Source: Balanoglossus misakiensis
Taxonomy: Eukaryota; Animalia; Hemichordata
Direction: 5' to 3'
Assembly (NCBI GenBank): GCA_040954595.2
Contig: CM082595.2
Span: forward strand, 953,690 to 1,017,689
Length of the DNA: 64,000 nucleotides
Shown here: positions 27,701 to 45,850 of the stretch, one piece after another
Layout of the letters: each line of letters begins with the position of its first letter
How positions within the stretch are numbered: position 1 is the first letter of the stretch
Translations under genes and position numbers: made by a program
The notes under the pieces: generated by a model
The model's input: only the letters and a program-made list of their open reading frames with translations
Databases searched by the model: none
What the model was told of the DNA's origin: nothing

Positions 27701-30700
27701 AGCCTTTAATACTCTTCCTTTTGTGGACTGTAAGTATCCTATAATTGATTCATTATCACTGGCCTTTCTTGACCTTGTCACATCGTTTTATGTCACACAG
27801 ACATAGAAAACAGGACAGAAAGAAATTCCTGCCAGGGTTGAAATTCCCAGGGTCTCAATGATGAATGATTTAAGTGTTTCAGTAGGGGTTATAGGTCACA
27901 GGCGACATGAGGGCGGTCATTTTGATGATGGATGGAAAAATCATATTGTGGGAAAATTCTGCACACAGGAACAGAAGTTTCAATTGCTGATATTGAAATA
28001 CGGCAATAATGCTCATGTTATCAATTATAATTTCCTATAAAAGATCTGCCCATATCAAAAGTATGACTTGAGGACACTTATTTTGCAAAGGCATGTCATG
28101 TGTGGAGGAACATTGATGAGGGAATAACTCTAAAAAGTCATCTTTGATTGGCAGTATGGAATGCGATTTCTGATGAGAAATTCATAAATTGATTACATTT
28201 CTCCCAATTATAATTCAGTTTTTTGTGAAAAAAATTCCTTGCTTATATCACTCCTTCAATAGCTTATTAAAATATAATCAATAATTCTATTGATAATTAT
28301 ATTTTCAATTACCTGGTTGGCATTGACAGAACTAAAAGGAATTTCATGCAGTTTACAAAGAAAGCTAGAATAATATGAAGGTTTACACAATTTGGTGATT
28401 TTCTATGAAGAGAATACAAATTGATTTAGTTTCATATATACATAATAATACTATATTTCACAGTTTATGATGTTCAGAGTATGGTATCATGTTCTAGATA
28501 GACGGGCTGGATGAGTTAGCTACTTCACAGTGATAGGGTATTTGTGAGAATTTCAATGACTTTCAGGTTGACATCTTGCAACATTTTGAGTGGATTGTTA
28601 ATGTATTGCCTGCAGTTAGAAATCTTGTATCATTGCATTGTAACACTGCTTGTCAGTGGAATTAACAAACAAAATCTTCCCTTCAAAATTTAATGCTTAC
28701 CTGAACTAACAAAACATTATATTCTACTGAGGCTGTCGTGATGTTTTCTTCATTTTGAGGATTTCACGGGATTTGTCAAGATTTTTGGACAAGGCAGTAG
28801 ATGCCAGAGGCAAGATTAGTCATAGACATTTACAACTTTCAATGAAAACCATCAACTGTGAGGGAATTAATCCTTGCTTCTGGTAGATCCCCTGTTACTT
28901 GACAAACCTCCAAAGATAAAGACCCATGTGCCCAGATTATTTTCTTACTCCTACTCATGGGAACTGCCACTTTTCAACACCATAGTTCGGCCCAAATCCA
29001 TTGTTCTCTATGGTAAGGTAGGACTTCTATAAAAGGAGATGGAGGTGAAAGGGTTAAACTGGATACAGACAAAATTCTCTAATTGGATGCATTTGTTCCG
29101 TCGTATATTGGGCCACTGGGGTCGACCTGTAATAACCCAGAGAAGGGCTCACAACCTTGTGTGACCTTTTAATAACCCGGGGCAGGTCACATCTCTGTGA
29201 CCAGAAGTGATAGGGTGTGGGTTCAAAAGTGCAGCAGACATATTGCCACTGTGATTTATGCACCCCCATTGCTGTTTTGGCGTGAATGGGGTGTAAGACT
29301 GGGTAGAAGAGTTTCTTGTACAGTGATCATGACTGCCATTGATTCATATACAACCACAAGTATCTTATATTGAGTATTAGCTGGTTCAGTAAGACAGTTT
29401 CTTCCTTTGAAACTGTTGCTTAGCAGCAGATTCCTACCCAGAGCCTGTTGCATAGCAACTGAGTTCTTGCATTCAGGATTTACTGTACCCTGAAGCGTGA
29501 TGATATCTGATGTCAAGAGTCATGTTGGAATTGGAACGCCACTGTAAGAAATCATCAATATTGGGTTTCCTTTCACTGTTGACTTTATCTACAGGAAACT
29601 TAACAAGCAAAGCTGGTCACCACAGATGTGAGATTTGAAACTAATACATGAGTTACCTGGCAACAGATCATTGACGATGCTAGTCACATGTTTGCCCTAT
29701 TCAGACAATACTTCAAAAACACGAGATGAAACTTCGATATTTATTCAGCTATGGACCAATGATGAAATTGGTCTTTACACATTTATTACGTTTTTACTTG
29801 GCTAATATTCCTATGAAATAAAAAATGCTAAAATAATGTTGACCTTGCTACTTCAGTTCAAGGGCATTGTCATATATATCTGGAGATGATTGTGTTAAAG
29901 TACTGTAATGGCAGGGATAGGTAAACCCAGGTGAAAAATGACAACTTAGTTGGAGTGCATTGAGGAAAGTTAATTCAGTGTAAGATGAAAATCACTCGTG
30001 CGAGAAACCTATCTTTGCCTCCAGCAGATTGTCTCGTGTGATTTGATTCCAGAAGACATTTCTAGAGATTCTAGACTGAACTTTGCAATCATGCCCTCCA
30101 GGTTTTATGGCAGATGTAGTGATGAAGATGTCTTCTGTAATTGTTGTTACCTCGCTGAATGGGTGCGCTTGTCTTTTCCTGTCTCTTTCACTCGAAATAC
30201 CACCCTATTTTCACATTTCATGGATGATTACAATGTTCTTGATAATTTCAAATTTTACATGATATTCTGGACCAGAAGCCACTGTTCTGATAATGGTTTG
30301 TGCTTCCTGATAGTCATTGCATCATTTGACTCAACCCTATTAACAAACTGTATTTTTTCATTATGATTGAAAAGTCAACTTATACCCAAGAGCCAGGGAA
30401 ACATTTCATTCCTCCAAGAATTCTTTTCAATATTCTGACCCGCTTTTTGTTAAAAAGAAACGTGAGCAAAAATTGGCAAAGGTAATTTCCCCCGAGTCAA
30501 ATATATGCTAAATTACTCTGGCAAGGAGAAATGGGAAAACAAGACTCATTAAATTTTGATGTTTGTGTAAATAGAATGGAATGTACAACCTGGGACCAGA
30601 TGGGAAATATTTCCAATTGATCATCAGGGAGAAAATTAATGATTGTTTCTTTGATAACATTCTTTAATTGCTTGTAAGATCGAATCTATACAGGAGTTAA

Positions 30701-31589
30701 TAGATTATCTCATGCCTTCACATGGGATGAGAAGAAACTCTTGATGTAACACTGGACAGAGATAAAAGAACAGCCTGACAAGGAAAGCCTGTAAAGTCGA
30801 GTTCCATCTCTCCGAATACATCCATGAAATACACGTCGTAGCCAACACTAAAGCCATATACCAATGATGAATTACTAATAATTTCTTTTCCATTTTGAAT
30901 TCTGGTTGATTTGTAGGGCAACGAAGAAACTAATATGCTTTGTGTGTAACCTGACTTTGAATTCTGAGGCGCAGCTGGACAGTCATGTGAAAAGTTACAA
31001 ACACCAACAGAAAGTGTTGCATGAACAGAGAGGCAGTAAAGCATTACAAGGAAGATGGACTTCAAGCAATGGTGCTAATCATACAACTAACCCAGGTAAG
31101 CATATTGAAGAATTCGAACAACATTGTAGGCGTTCTGTGATAAGTTTTCAGATTTCAGAGAATGAACCTTGCTTTGTGGTCATTCCATGTGTTTGACGTA
31201 AACAAGCTTGAGTCCTTCCCCATCACCATACACATGGAAAAATGACAAGCATAAATAGACATCAGAAGAAAATTGATGTATTTAATTTGTTTTATTCTTC
31301 CCATATTGCAGCACTGGGCAACGGAACCCCTACTGGCATTCGTATCCTGCCTCAAAACACCCATGGAAACCATCAGGGAATGTTTCACGGAATGCAACCA
31401 TTGTCACCACCACTGGCAAAGAAACCACCTCCGCGACCCAAGGATCTCACCATGGTGATGACCCCAAGCGGGAAATTCTACTGTGCCTGTTGCGATTTGA
31501 TGTTGAATTCTGAAGTGCAGTTTCGACAACACACGCAAAGTAAGAAACACAGAGCCAGAAACGCGGGCTTTAAAAAAGTCGAGCTTTAG
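21791..31589 (+). CDS. ZMAT3: Zinc finger matrin-type protein 3 (Wig-1)-like dsRNA-binding protein; exons 21791-22397, 30917-31095, 31312-31589 (~356 aa with the micro-exon)
   Basis: Splice phases match (AA|GTAGGT..TGTAG|G and G|GTAAGC..TTGCAG|CA). Motifs QPLYCKLCSVSLNSPQQAQAHYQGKCHAKK, DDFCKICGVSFNSPTQAQSHYQGKNHAKK and PKDLTMVMTPSGKFYC...FRQH resemble the three vertebrate ZMAT3 fingers as recalled (KPLYCKLC..QAQAHYQGKNH; PRDLAMCVTPSGQFYC). Confidence 0.88.
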
Positions 31590-34500
31590 TGGTGATCTTT
31601 CCAAAAGTGAAACACTGTGGATGTCAAACTTTTCTCAAAAAGGGTAGCTTTCAACAGCATGGAAGTATTATAGAACTTGACACCTGATTGGTTGAATGCA
31701 CACCCAGAACAGAAAAGCGACCAATGACATTGGACAAGGGTGACCCTGAACTTTGGAGTGACCAATCACAGTTGTTTTAAATTACAGAATAGCAGCTATT
31801 ACAAGAAAACAAGTTAATGTTTTTGCTTGGGAAATTTGAGATGACTTGTCTTAGAGGTATTCATTTCTATTTAGCTGAAAGTAGATGTAGAAATGTTCAG
31901 TTTTTTAGCTTCTATATTTTCTCCTGTGAAAGTGCAATTGAAGGTATAAATGTATGCCCTTGGAATATGTGGAGTAAAGAGAGTACAAACAAAGACAGCT
32001 AATGATCAAAGTGAAATACATAAAGGACAATGTGAAAGTGTTTACAGTCAACAAAAACTTGAAATTTATACCGTAGGTCGAACAAAGAAAACAGGTGTCT
32101 CTTACAGTATAATTTATGGACCCATTTTTGCCAGAAGATGTGATAATTTCAACAATAAAGTACCTAGATTAGGAAGTTTGTTACAAATGTTACTGAAATA
32201 TGTCATTAGAAAAACATAATGGTTATATTCTCAATAGTTGCAGAAAATTTGATTTGTTTTTGTCCAAATACCTTGCTTGACCATACATTTATGTTCTTCA
32301 GTAGTGGAAAGCCTTTCTTATAAAATTTACCCATGTACTAACACTAACAGGTTATTTACAGAATACCTGATGTTATGCCCAAGTGCAACAAAAGTACAGC
32401 AAAGGTATATGGGGTGAAGAACATCCCACACACAGGTGAAAGCACTGCAGTTTGTTTTTTCAGTGTCTATCTCTAATCTCATCCTTCCTTGTGTCATTTA
32501 ATGAAGCATCACCGCGAGAAAAGACCTGAACAGTCACTCGGCAGGTGGGGAAGCTTTATTGATTGATCTGTCAGGGATGACGGCAAAGTGCCAGAATATT
32601 TAGGATTTAACTGCTCTCTGGTCATTGATTTCCCGGCAGGAGGGATTCACCTATCACCATGGTGACAGCCATCACCTGACTACTGATTTCTCGAGCATCC
32701 CAGTTTCCATAGGAACACCTGACCTTCTGGACAGGACTCGACTGGTGTTTCCCCCCCGAATGATCGACAAATTGCTGTAGAAAATTGATTTTCCCGAAGT
32801 ACAGGAGTGATAGTTAAGGGGAAACAGAGCTCTCTAGGTAACAAGATGACAATTTGTTAGCTTCAAGAGTGAGTGACTGCCTTCTGTGTGAATGATTTAT
32901 GTGGTTGGGAATTCTAGAAATTTGCCACTTCAAATTATCACTCTTATACTAACTGAAAGCAATCAATCTTTCCAACCCAATTTGACCCTAGCGTCAACCT
33001 TCCAATCACACAATCGAAGAAATACTTTTATGAAATATTCCACATCTGCTGATCTGTTGATGTCAAAATGATTCGCATTTGAAATTCAGAGAATGAGACA
33101 CATTTATCAGTCTGACTGTGAAAACTCCATCTGATTGGAAATGGTACATAGATACATGTATTTCTGACTTGTTTTAATACTGCTGTGTCAGAAATACTGG
33201 TTAGAAGTATTTCTACAATGACTTGCCTTTGTCACAACACCTGATGGAAATTGAATCAGCAAGAGACTCTAGACTCACATGTGTATTCAAATGTCAAACC
33301 TTTTCATTCTGTGATCAGAATAACCAGTTTATTCAAAAAATTAATCAAGTTTATAAAATAATAATAGCTGGCTAACGAGATTATTTGATGCATGCAACTA
33401 TGCTTGCCAGGAAAGGACATGTTTGGAGTCAAGTGAAAATTGGCTGTAGGCAATGCAAATCAGACTAGAGATATTTCTGGTTCCAAGGCGACATGATGTA
33501 ATTTACTCTTGGATTTTCATTTCCTGAGATGGAGACGTTTTATTTGGACAGACTGGGTTTAAAGGCTTTGTGGATTTTTATGAACAGTCAGATTGAAAGT
33601 GACAAAACAGTTAGGACAAATGTGGGAAGAGGTAGTTTGATAAAATGCGGTAATTTCCTTCGGATGTTTGCAGAGGTTGCGGGGGAAAAAAAGAGATTGA
33701 AGAAAGAGAATTGGATTTTTTGCTCAGGTGGTTAAAATTGATGGAGCATGATTCGAACCAGTTTTGTCATCATGTCAGGCCACATAATTATACATTTTGT
33801 AAAGGTTTTGAATTTGTTCAGCATTTATTCAATGCAGGAGTTCAGAAAATTACTGAAGGCTTTGCTGAGGTCAGTGGTTTTGTTACAAGGACACGCTTCG
33901 CAAGGTGATTAAGAACTGATTTGTCTGTGGTGCTGGGAGTTTGGGATTAGTGTCCTTAATACATTTGTGGGTGAGTTTTCTGCTCTATTTGATCTGGTTG
34001 GGGTGCAAATTGCTGTTTTTGCATTTGGAAGTAGAGCAAGGCTGAAAGTGTGATTATGTTGTTACTTGTGCATCGCTGGCCTTCATGATAAAAAAAGAAC
34101 TTCGCCAGGAGATATGTAATCTGCATGTCATGTTCACAGAAGCCATTAAGGAATCGGAGTCAGCAATTCAGTTGTCATACCCACAAGCGAACGTTTCTAT
34201 CTCAGAAAAATCAACTTGACCTTTTGGCCTCAAAAATCTGTCAACTCAAGGTTGTGACAAGCTTACAGCTAGTTCAACAGAATTGATTCTTTGCCGGTGC
34301 TGAATTTTAATTCTGCAGTGCAGATAGATTTATTACCTGAATAGCAAACTACCTTGATTTCTGTGTGTTGTGTTTTTCTCACACAATCCCCTGCCTTAAT
34401 GGTATAATGGTATGCTCCAATTTTGTACTATTTATGGATTATTCCATTTTGGTGTAATGGGGATCAAAGGGTAATAACTTGTCATATTTCATGTTTTCAT

Positions 34501-35308
34501 TTCAAAGTTCATATTTTGCCTTTTGCAGCTTTTACTGCACTGTTATTTTCTGACATTTTTGTTCATCCAGTTTTCACATCAAGCTGAATCAGTACATAAA
34601 AATTTATTTCTAATTCTTTTATAAAAGAAAGAAAAGTAATGATGGTGGTGGTATTGAAATGATTCAAGCTGTTGCAATTACACACAAGATTGATATTTTG
34701 TTTGGAGACAGTCTGGCTACATGACAAATACCCTGTGGCATTCTGGTCAGGTTTAAAATTTAATACCGAGCTAAACCACAAACTAAATGAGATGGAACTA
34801 AGTGTGCTCCAGCTAGTTTACAGTTAAAGATCGTACGTCAGAAAGGCATAGCAACCACTCGCTGAACTAACAACACGGTGTACTCTGTCTCAGTTCACAT
34901 ACAGCCTCAAGATGTTCAAACATTTGCCTTTGTTTGCCCTGTTGTATAAAATGATCAAAATTCAGTGGAGTAAAGTAGCCGTGCACTTCTTGTCAAGTAG
35001 TCTCAACCGTTGCCATGATTACATGTCAGTTTGGTGCATTCACATGCAAATTATGACACAAACTTGTAAGACGACACTGAATTGGAAAACCTCTCATCCC
35101 TGAGAAATCATGCAGTGAAAGTTGTGTCCACATGATTGATAATACAGAACCTTCTTTCGTGTTTCTGTGATCAGTCAAAATCAAGCAGCGTTCAGTTCAG
35201 CTTTGAATTATTAAAGAGCAAGAAAATAGTAGTTGCAGCATAAAATCTAAAGAGCAGCTTGAGTTCACAGTACAGGAAAAATACATTGGGTTGCTTTTCG
35301 AACTTTCT

Positions 35309-35349
35309 GTTACCTAGCAACTGTTACCTGGCAACTGATACCATGCAAC
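35309..35349. promoter_or_regulatory. Three tandem RFX X-box motifs at 14-bp period
   Basis: GTTACCTAGCAAC-T-GTTACCTGGCAAC-T-GATACCATGCAAC. Confidence 0.55.
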
Positions 35350-37891
35350 TGTGCCATTGTTGATGGAAAGAGACTTTGAAGAAATTTTGATAGAAATAAC
35401 ATTGTTCATGTGTACAAAATATTTACTATTTAATGTACATTGTACTTCAGTATGTTTCTTTCAAATAGGAAAACTGTCCAAAACATTCATTTCTATAGGT
35501 GTTGAAAAAGAACGTTTGTCACAGGTCACCTAGCAAAACCAGGAAAATTCTGATCATCTCATCAATATTTGACATTACATTCCTGTGTTGTGAATTATTC
35601 ATGTGAAATTTAGCGAAAATCATTTAATTTTTGCTGGATCACGAAGATCAAAATAAAGATGCAAATTTAGGAAGGGAATAATTCAGTTCTGTGACTCCTA
35701 GTAGAAGATGGTCGGGCATTAGTATTCGAGGGAGTATCTACAACTCATTTATTTTGAAATTGAGGACTTTGTGCGACTGGAAACACAGACTGCTTGTCGG
35801 TGAAGTGGAACTAAAAACTCAATTTAGAGACGGCAATTGCGACCGAACTGAAGCCTCTATGTCTCTGGTCTTGTCTCCAAATGTGTCTAAGTACCTAACC
35901 AGCAGATTTCAAGTAAATATTAGGGGGGTAATTGCGATTGCATGTGTCTGCAGGTGAAAATACAAACAAGAATGAGTATTCTGTTACTTGCAACTTCACA
36001 GAGTATAGACTGCATAATTGTATGCTTTTTGACAAATTACAACTTCAATTTTCTAGGAGCTGGTCCTGAATATTCTGCTATATATCAGGTTATTCACACA
36101 ATCAAAACTTTCGAATTTTCTGCGAAAGCAAATTCACGTCATTAAACATAATGGTGTTAGATTTATGTGACAATCATTTTAGGTTAGCACATTTTTTATG
36201 TTTTCAGTTGCTGGGATATTACAAGTTGTAAGAGAAAAATTGTTTACAAAATAGTTATGACACCATGCCTAATGGAAACTAAGGAAGTGAGAATGCCACT
36301 TAGTAAAACTTAATGGATGTGGTTTGCCACCTTGTGTGTCGGGCATTATTTCAAAAACAGGAAAAGGGCATTATTGGTCAGGTAATATCACTAGAAATGA
36401 ATCAAGCACAATTTTCTCCTGTTTGGTACTATGTGTTCTTGCCTGCGGGTATTTTCAGGCAACAATGAAATGAGTAAAGGATTTTTTATGTGTAGGAGAG
36501 TGGATTAACCATTCTGCTATAATTGGCTATGAAAATGTTTTATGTGTCTGTTTCATTGTAAAACTGTGTGTTCACTCACACCTTGCTGTAATAGATGAAA
36601 AACAAATGCTATCTCCAGTCTCTAGGGGGCGTTGTACTCTACATGGCTTAGAGAGAGTTCTTCATCATTCCATGGGAATAAGATTGAGTAATGACATGTA
36701 TAGAAAGGCTTTCCCCTACATTATTATCTGCTTCAGAAATATATAAATTACATTTCTAAGTTTACAAATTTTATAGATATGACTTTTAAGGGAGGGAGAT
36801 TCAAGGGGTAAGGTTTGAAGACTGTTTTGCTTTATATGAAGCTAAGGTGAATAAAAATGTAAATGTTTTATCTTAAAGTAGTGTTTCTTTAAGACAAAAT
36901 CACAGTTGCCTTAAAACATTTGATGGTTGAGACTTGTAAATATTACATGTGCCCTTTCTTTTCTTTCTTTTTTTTTTAAAAGTATTTAATGTGAGAATTC
37001 TACCAGTAGATATAGTTGTATTTTGTATGTTGTTTTAGTGTCACATAAAAACCAGAAACTTTTTCATAGTTTGATAATTGATATTCACAAAATGCAATCA
37101 CTACAAAGCAAAAACAGTAGCCGAGTATTTATGGTCAGTTCACAGTGAATAAAGAAGCACAGTTAGATGCTGATGATGTAATGGTTTCCATAGAAACCTA
37201 TTAGATAGTTTTTTAATTTGAAAGCAATTTAGGTTTTATGGGATTATCTAAATGCATCCAGACTTTTTTTATTTATCCAGACTCACTGATGCCAAAAGAT
37301 TGACAAATTGTTTTTTGCGTAGATGCATTAGGTTTAATGTCCTTTGTCTACCATCTACATGACCTGTTACATCTGGCATTACATGAAATGGACCAAGTAC
37401 AACTCAAACACATCACCAGACAACAGATTTCTAGATTTATTGCAGGGTGAAATGTGAAATTATCATATACAGCAACAATTATGTAGACTGTATCATGAAT
37501 CTGCGTGTAGCTGTACTAGTACAGACTTTAGTAACGTGTGCCATACCAGGCACGAAATTGAATGTTCTTCATGGAATCAGTATACAGAAACAATGAGACT
37601 GTTGAACACTTGCTTGATGTTCATTTTCACAATTCAAGAAATCCCACCTGCAGAACAGTGGAAGAACCCACACATGTACATTCACTTAAGATAGAGACTA
37701 GATGCCACCATTCAAGTATAGGGGTGGTTGGACCAACCCGACCCACCAAAGCTGCCTGCATTGACAGTATTATATTTCAACTTTTGTGTTGCATTCATAT
37801 GTAGTGTTTATCTCAAAATGTTCCGAGTCAGATTGTATTATATATTATAAATACATTATATGAAAAGTGGTCATTGCTCAGTCTCGAGTGA

Positions 37892-37897
37892 AATAAA
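37892..37897 (+). terminator. Candidate distal polyadenylation signal of the ZMAT3-like gene
   Basis: AATAAA followed ~20-50 nt later by a GT/T-rich tract (TTGTTGTGTATGTCTGTTTATATGTTTTTTTT). More proximal AATAAA hexamers exist, e.g. 32154 and 35652. Confidence 0.4.
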
Positions 37898-38271
37898 ATC
37901 ACTATAACATGAGAATTGTTGTGTATGTCTGTTTATATGTTTTTTTTGAGCATGTCAATTTTGTTTGATGAAACACAAGATCTGATTGGTTGAAAAAAAT
38001 GAACAGATGTTCCTAGTTCTCCTATCACACAGTGCCTAGACTCTTTGTTCTCTTGGGACATTGTCTGTGATAGTTCACAAATCAGTCATGGTTCATTTTG
38101 AAAGACCTGCTTCCATACTTGTTTCGGCCATTTTCTACCGCGCACATGGTTTGGCCTGAAAGTTTTGGGGTTTTTCAACGAACTAGAACTTCCTTGAAGA
38201 CCTTACTGACGTACAATTGAACATTCCTAATCAATAGAATAAGTTTACCTTTTAGTTTTACATGTTTTGAT

Positions 38272-38733
38272 AAAAATGACAGAAAACTGTTACTTACTTC
38301 AGAGTATGTGCGCAATGGGGACTTCAAGCCAGGAGAAAAGGCACCCTCGATTTTTGTAGTCTCTTTCCATGGCCGATAGTTTATGTACATCATCTTAAAT
38401 TAGGTAACCAACATCTTGGAAAATCCAGTCCCTATCGTCCGTCATGACCTCCACTTTCACTTGGTTGTCGGAAATTGTTCTCATAGGTCGTGTTCATGTC
38501 TCCTTTCAGCCATGATGTTTGTCGGTCGAAAGTTGAGTTCCAAATGATGGAAGTGGTGCCACACTGACCACCTGGCAAATGAACTGGCTGACAACTATCC
38601 AATCAAACGTGTCATTCACCAGGTAAAGCTTGTGATTGGTTGTGTGATGGAGACGCTATTTAGCATACTAAGATGAGATGTTGCTGTGAGCTGCATAATG
38701 TACTTCTGTTGCGTAATTGTTCAGATACTGAAC
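38272..38733. repeat. Dispersed ~450-bp element, copy 1 (related to 53465-53931)
   Basis: Shared colinear blocks: GGAGAAAAGGCACCCTCGATTTT, TCCACTTTCACTTGGTTGTCGGAAATT, CCTTTCAGCCATGATGTTTGT, CACTGACCACCTGGCAAATG and TATCCAATCAAA. Confidence 0.85.
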
Positions 38734-39526
38734 TCAATCATACTTACAACACATATAACATAACACACACAAAACAGAATAATACGAACATCCAGTTCAA
38801 ATTTCATACGTTTCTTTAATTACTCATAATTATAGACAGAAATACTTTATGTACATAAGGAAGTAATGCCAAGTTTTCAAACTACATTCTCTAAAAATTA
38901 TTTACACTTTAATACTGAAAAGTTGCTACAATTTACAAAAACATGGAGTGTTTATAAATGAAAGCTATTTCACAATTTTGATAGCTGTTTCTGTCCAATG
39001 TTGTCTGAGAGACGGCTCGGACAAAAGACAGGCAATATTATCTTCTTATCAGCACACAATTTAAATTTCAAAGTAGTCTATCATTGTGATAAAATTAAAT
39101 TACTACACTGAATTTTAGATACAGATGCAAGTCTCTTTACAATTATATGTACATTAAAAAAATAGAAAAACAGCGATAATAAACAGCTATTCCTAAAGTA
39201 TGTTTAATTTTGATTTCATCTTGATGCAAATCTAATACTGTCATAAGGTTACAGCTGCCTAAAATCTAGTACAGGAAGGCATCAATAGTTGGACGGAAGA
39301 TAAGCAAAGTCATCAATGATCAAAACACTGGATGGCAAACACAATGGACCATATTTTGTTACAAATATGAGTTCAATTCTAAGAAATTAAAAAGAAAACA
39401 AATGGCAATGAAAGGTGACATACTACATGTATGATGCCAACTGACATGCACATATAAATAAAAGTACAATGTGCTTTAGATTAACAGAGCTTTCGATATC
39501 TGGTCCCTCTTTAGAGGTCCATTGGT

Positions 39527-44346
<4,820 letters not shown>

Positions 44347-44380
44347 TCAGGGGAATGGTTACAGTTATTACGTCTGATTA

Positions 44381-44458
44381 GCTGCAGTTCAGTAGCTTGA
44401 GGTCTTGTTGTCTAACCCACAAACCAACAGGCAAAACATCGAGCTACTGAACTGCAGC
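44381..44458. mobile_element. 78-bp MITE-like element with terminal inverted repeats and TTA target-site duplication (PIF/Harbinger-Tourist-like)
   Basis: TTA|GCTGCAGTTCAGTAGCT...AGCTACTGAACTGCAGC|TTA; the inverted repeat extends imperfectly to ~28 bp. Confidence 0.55.
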
Positions 44459-44844
44459 TTATTAAAGTCTGATGTACGATTTCATAACAACATAATGTTA
44501 CAATGTAACTCTTTGCTGCAGATCCGTACGTACATGTACGACTATTTGTGTTGACATTGCAACTGCCGACGAACTTGATTTCCTGTTCCCCGGCTGATGT
44601 GATAATTTTTATCTGGTTTGGTCATTTACAGACGAAAAGGGGCAGTTAAACTAAGGCAGTATCCCCGGCCCCGAGTATGTGGCTGTGTGAGGAATTTCCG
44701 GAACATCGGCGTCGTGTGTAACCAGTGACAACACAACACTCGTCGAGTGTGATAACCTTGACACTTACAGTTTGGCGGTCGATTTACAGCTCCTGTCTCA
44801 CGATATGTTGGTAAAAGCAGAATCCCATACGAGTGCCATTTCAC

Positions 44845-45308
44845 CTTCGACTGACAATCAGTGTTTGCTTTCGGAGGATGTGTAGCAGAATTCTCAGCTC
44901 AAGGGGGCAGCCATGTTTTGAAATGTCAACAAATTACCATACGGGTAACTATGACCTCGATTGACACTATGATAATACTCTTTATATTAATTTAACGATT
45001 TGGTCATGAGGTACATTTTCCTTCAATAATCTAGATTAACTGTATAATTAGAAAGCATAGCTGGATGAGCAAGGGATTTTTTATCAGTTATTCGGAAAAA
45101 TACAGAATGAATGGTGTTGAAACTAAAAAATGCCTGGCTCGAGGTAAAAGCAATACCGGAAGAAGAAGACCGGAAATGTACCTCTCTGTTTACATTTATA
45201 ACCCAAGACAGGTGTTTCCCGATGGGTGGTGGGCCACTCACTGTGTTACTAGTATTAAGTATAACTTTCAGATGGAATTAGAATAAACCAGAGCTAAAGG
45301 TGAACGTC
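44845..45308. promoter_or_regulatory. Bidirectional promoter LEKR1(-)/SH2D5(+), including the probable LEKR1 non-coding exon 1 (~44920-44845)
   Basis: Start codons are ~1.05 kb apart, head-to-head. Minus-strand AACATGGCTG at ~44917 and donor AAG|GTGAAA at 44845/44844. ETS-like ACCGGAA twice (~45155, ~45169). CpG-rich. Confidence 0.65.
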
Positions 45309-45817
45309 ATGAATCGCGCCAAACCGAAAGCGACAAACGGCGTTAAAGTGAAAGCTCAGATTGCAGAGAAACGCAATCAGAATGTTGACAGGATCCGCGC
45401 AGTTCCACAGAATGAATCAAGCCCCGATCAACTCTCAGACAAGAAAGTTGCTTCAGACCCAGGAGAATATACTGATGAAAGTGCGAAACGCTTTTGTATG
45501 GTAAGTTGTGAAAGTTTAGCTGTCAAAGTTAATCGGAAATAGAGGCGATCACACAGAAATCGCTTGTGAAAAGTTTCGCATTTGCAAAATGAAATGGACA
45601 AGATGAAGAGGAAAAGATGAAGAAGTTAACAAACAACACCATCTCATCAATAACATTGATAGTCATTGTTTAATGATTCACCCAAAGGATGAAATAATTG
45701 TTTCTAAAAGAATAATGAGTAACAAGAACAATAAGTGGTTTAAGTACTATAGTATTGCCAAATTTGATAATGTAGGAGAATATGGATTAGTGTTTACCAA
45801 GCTGGATGGATGGATAA

Positions 45818-45850
<33 letters not shown>

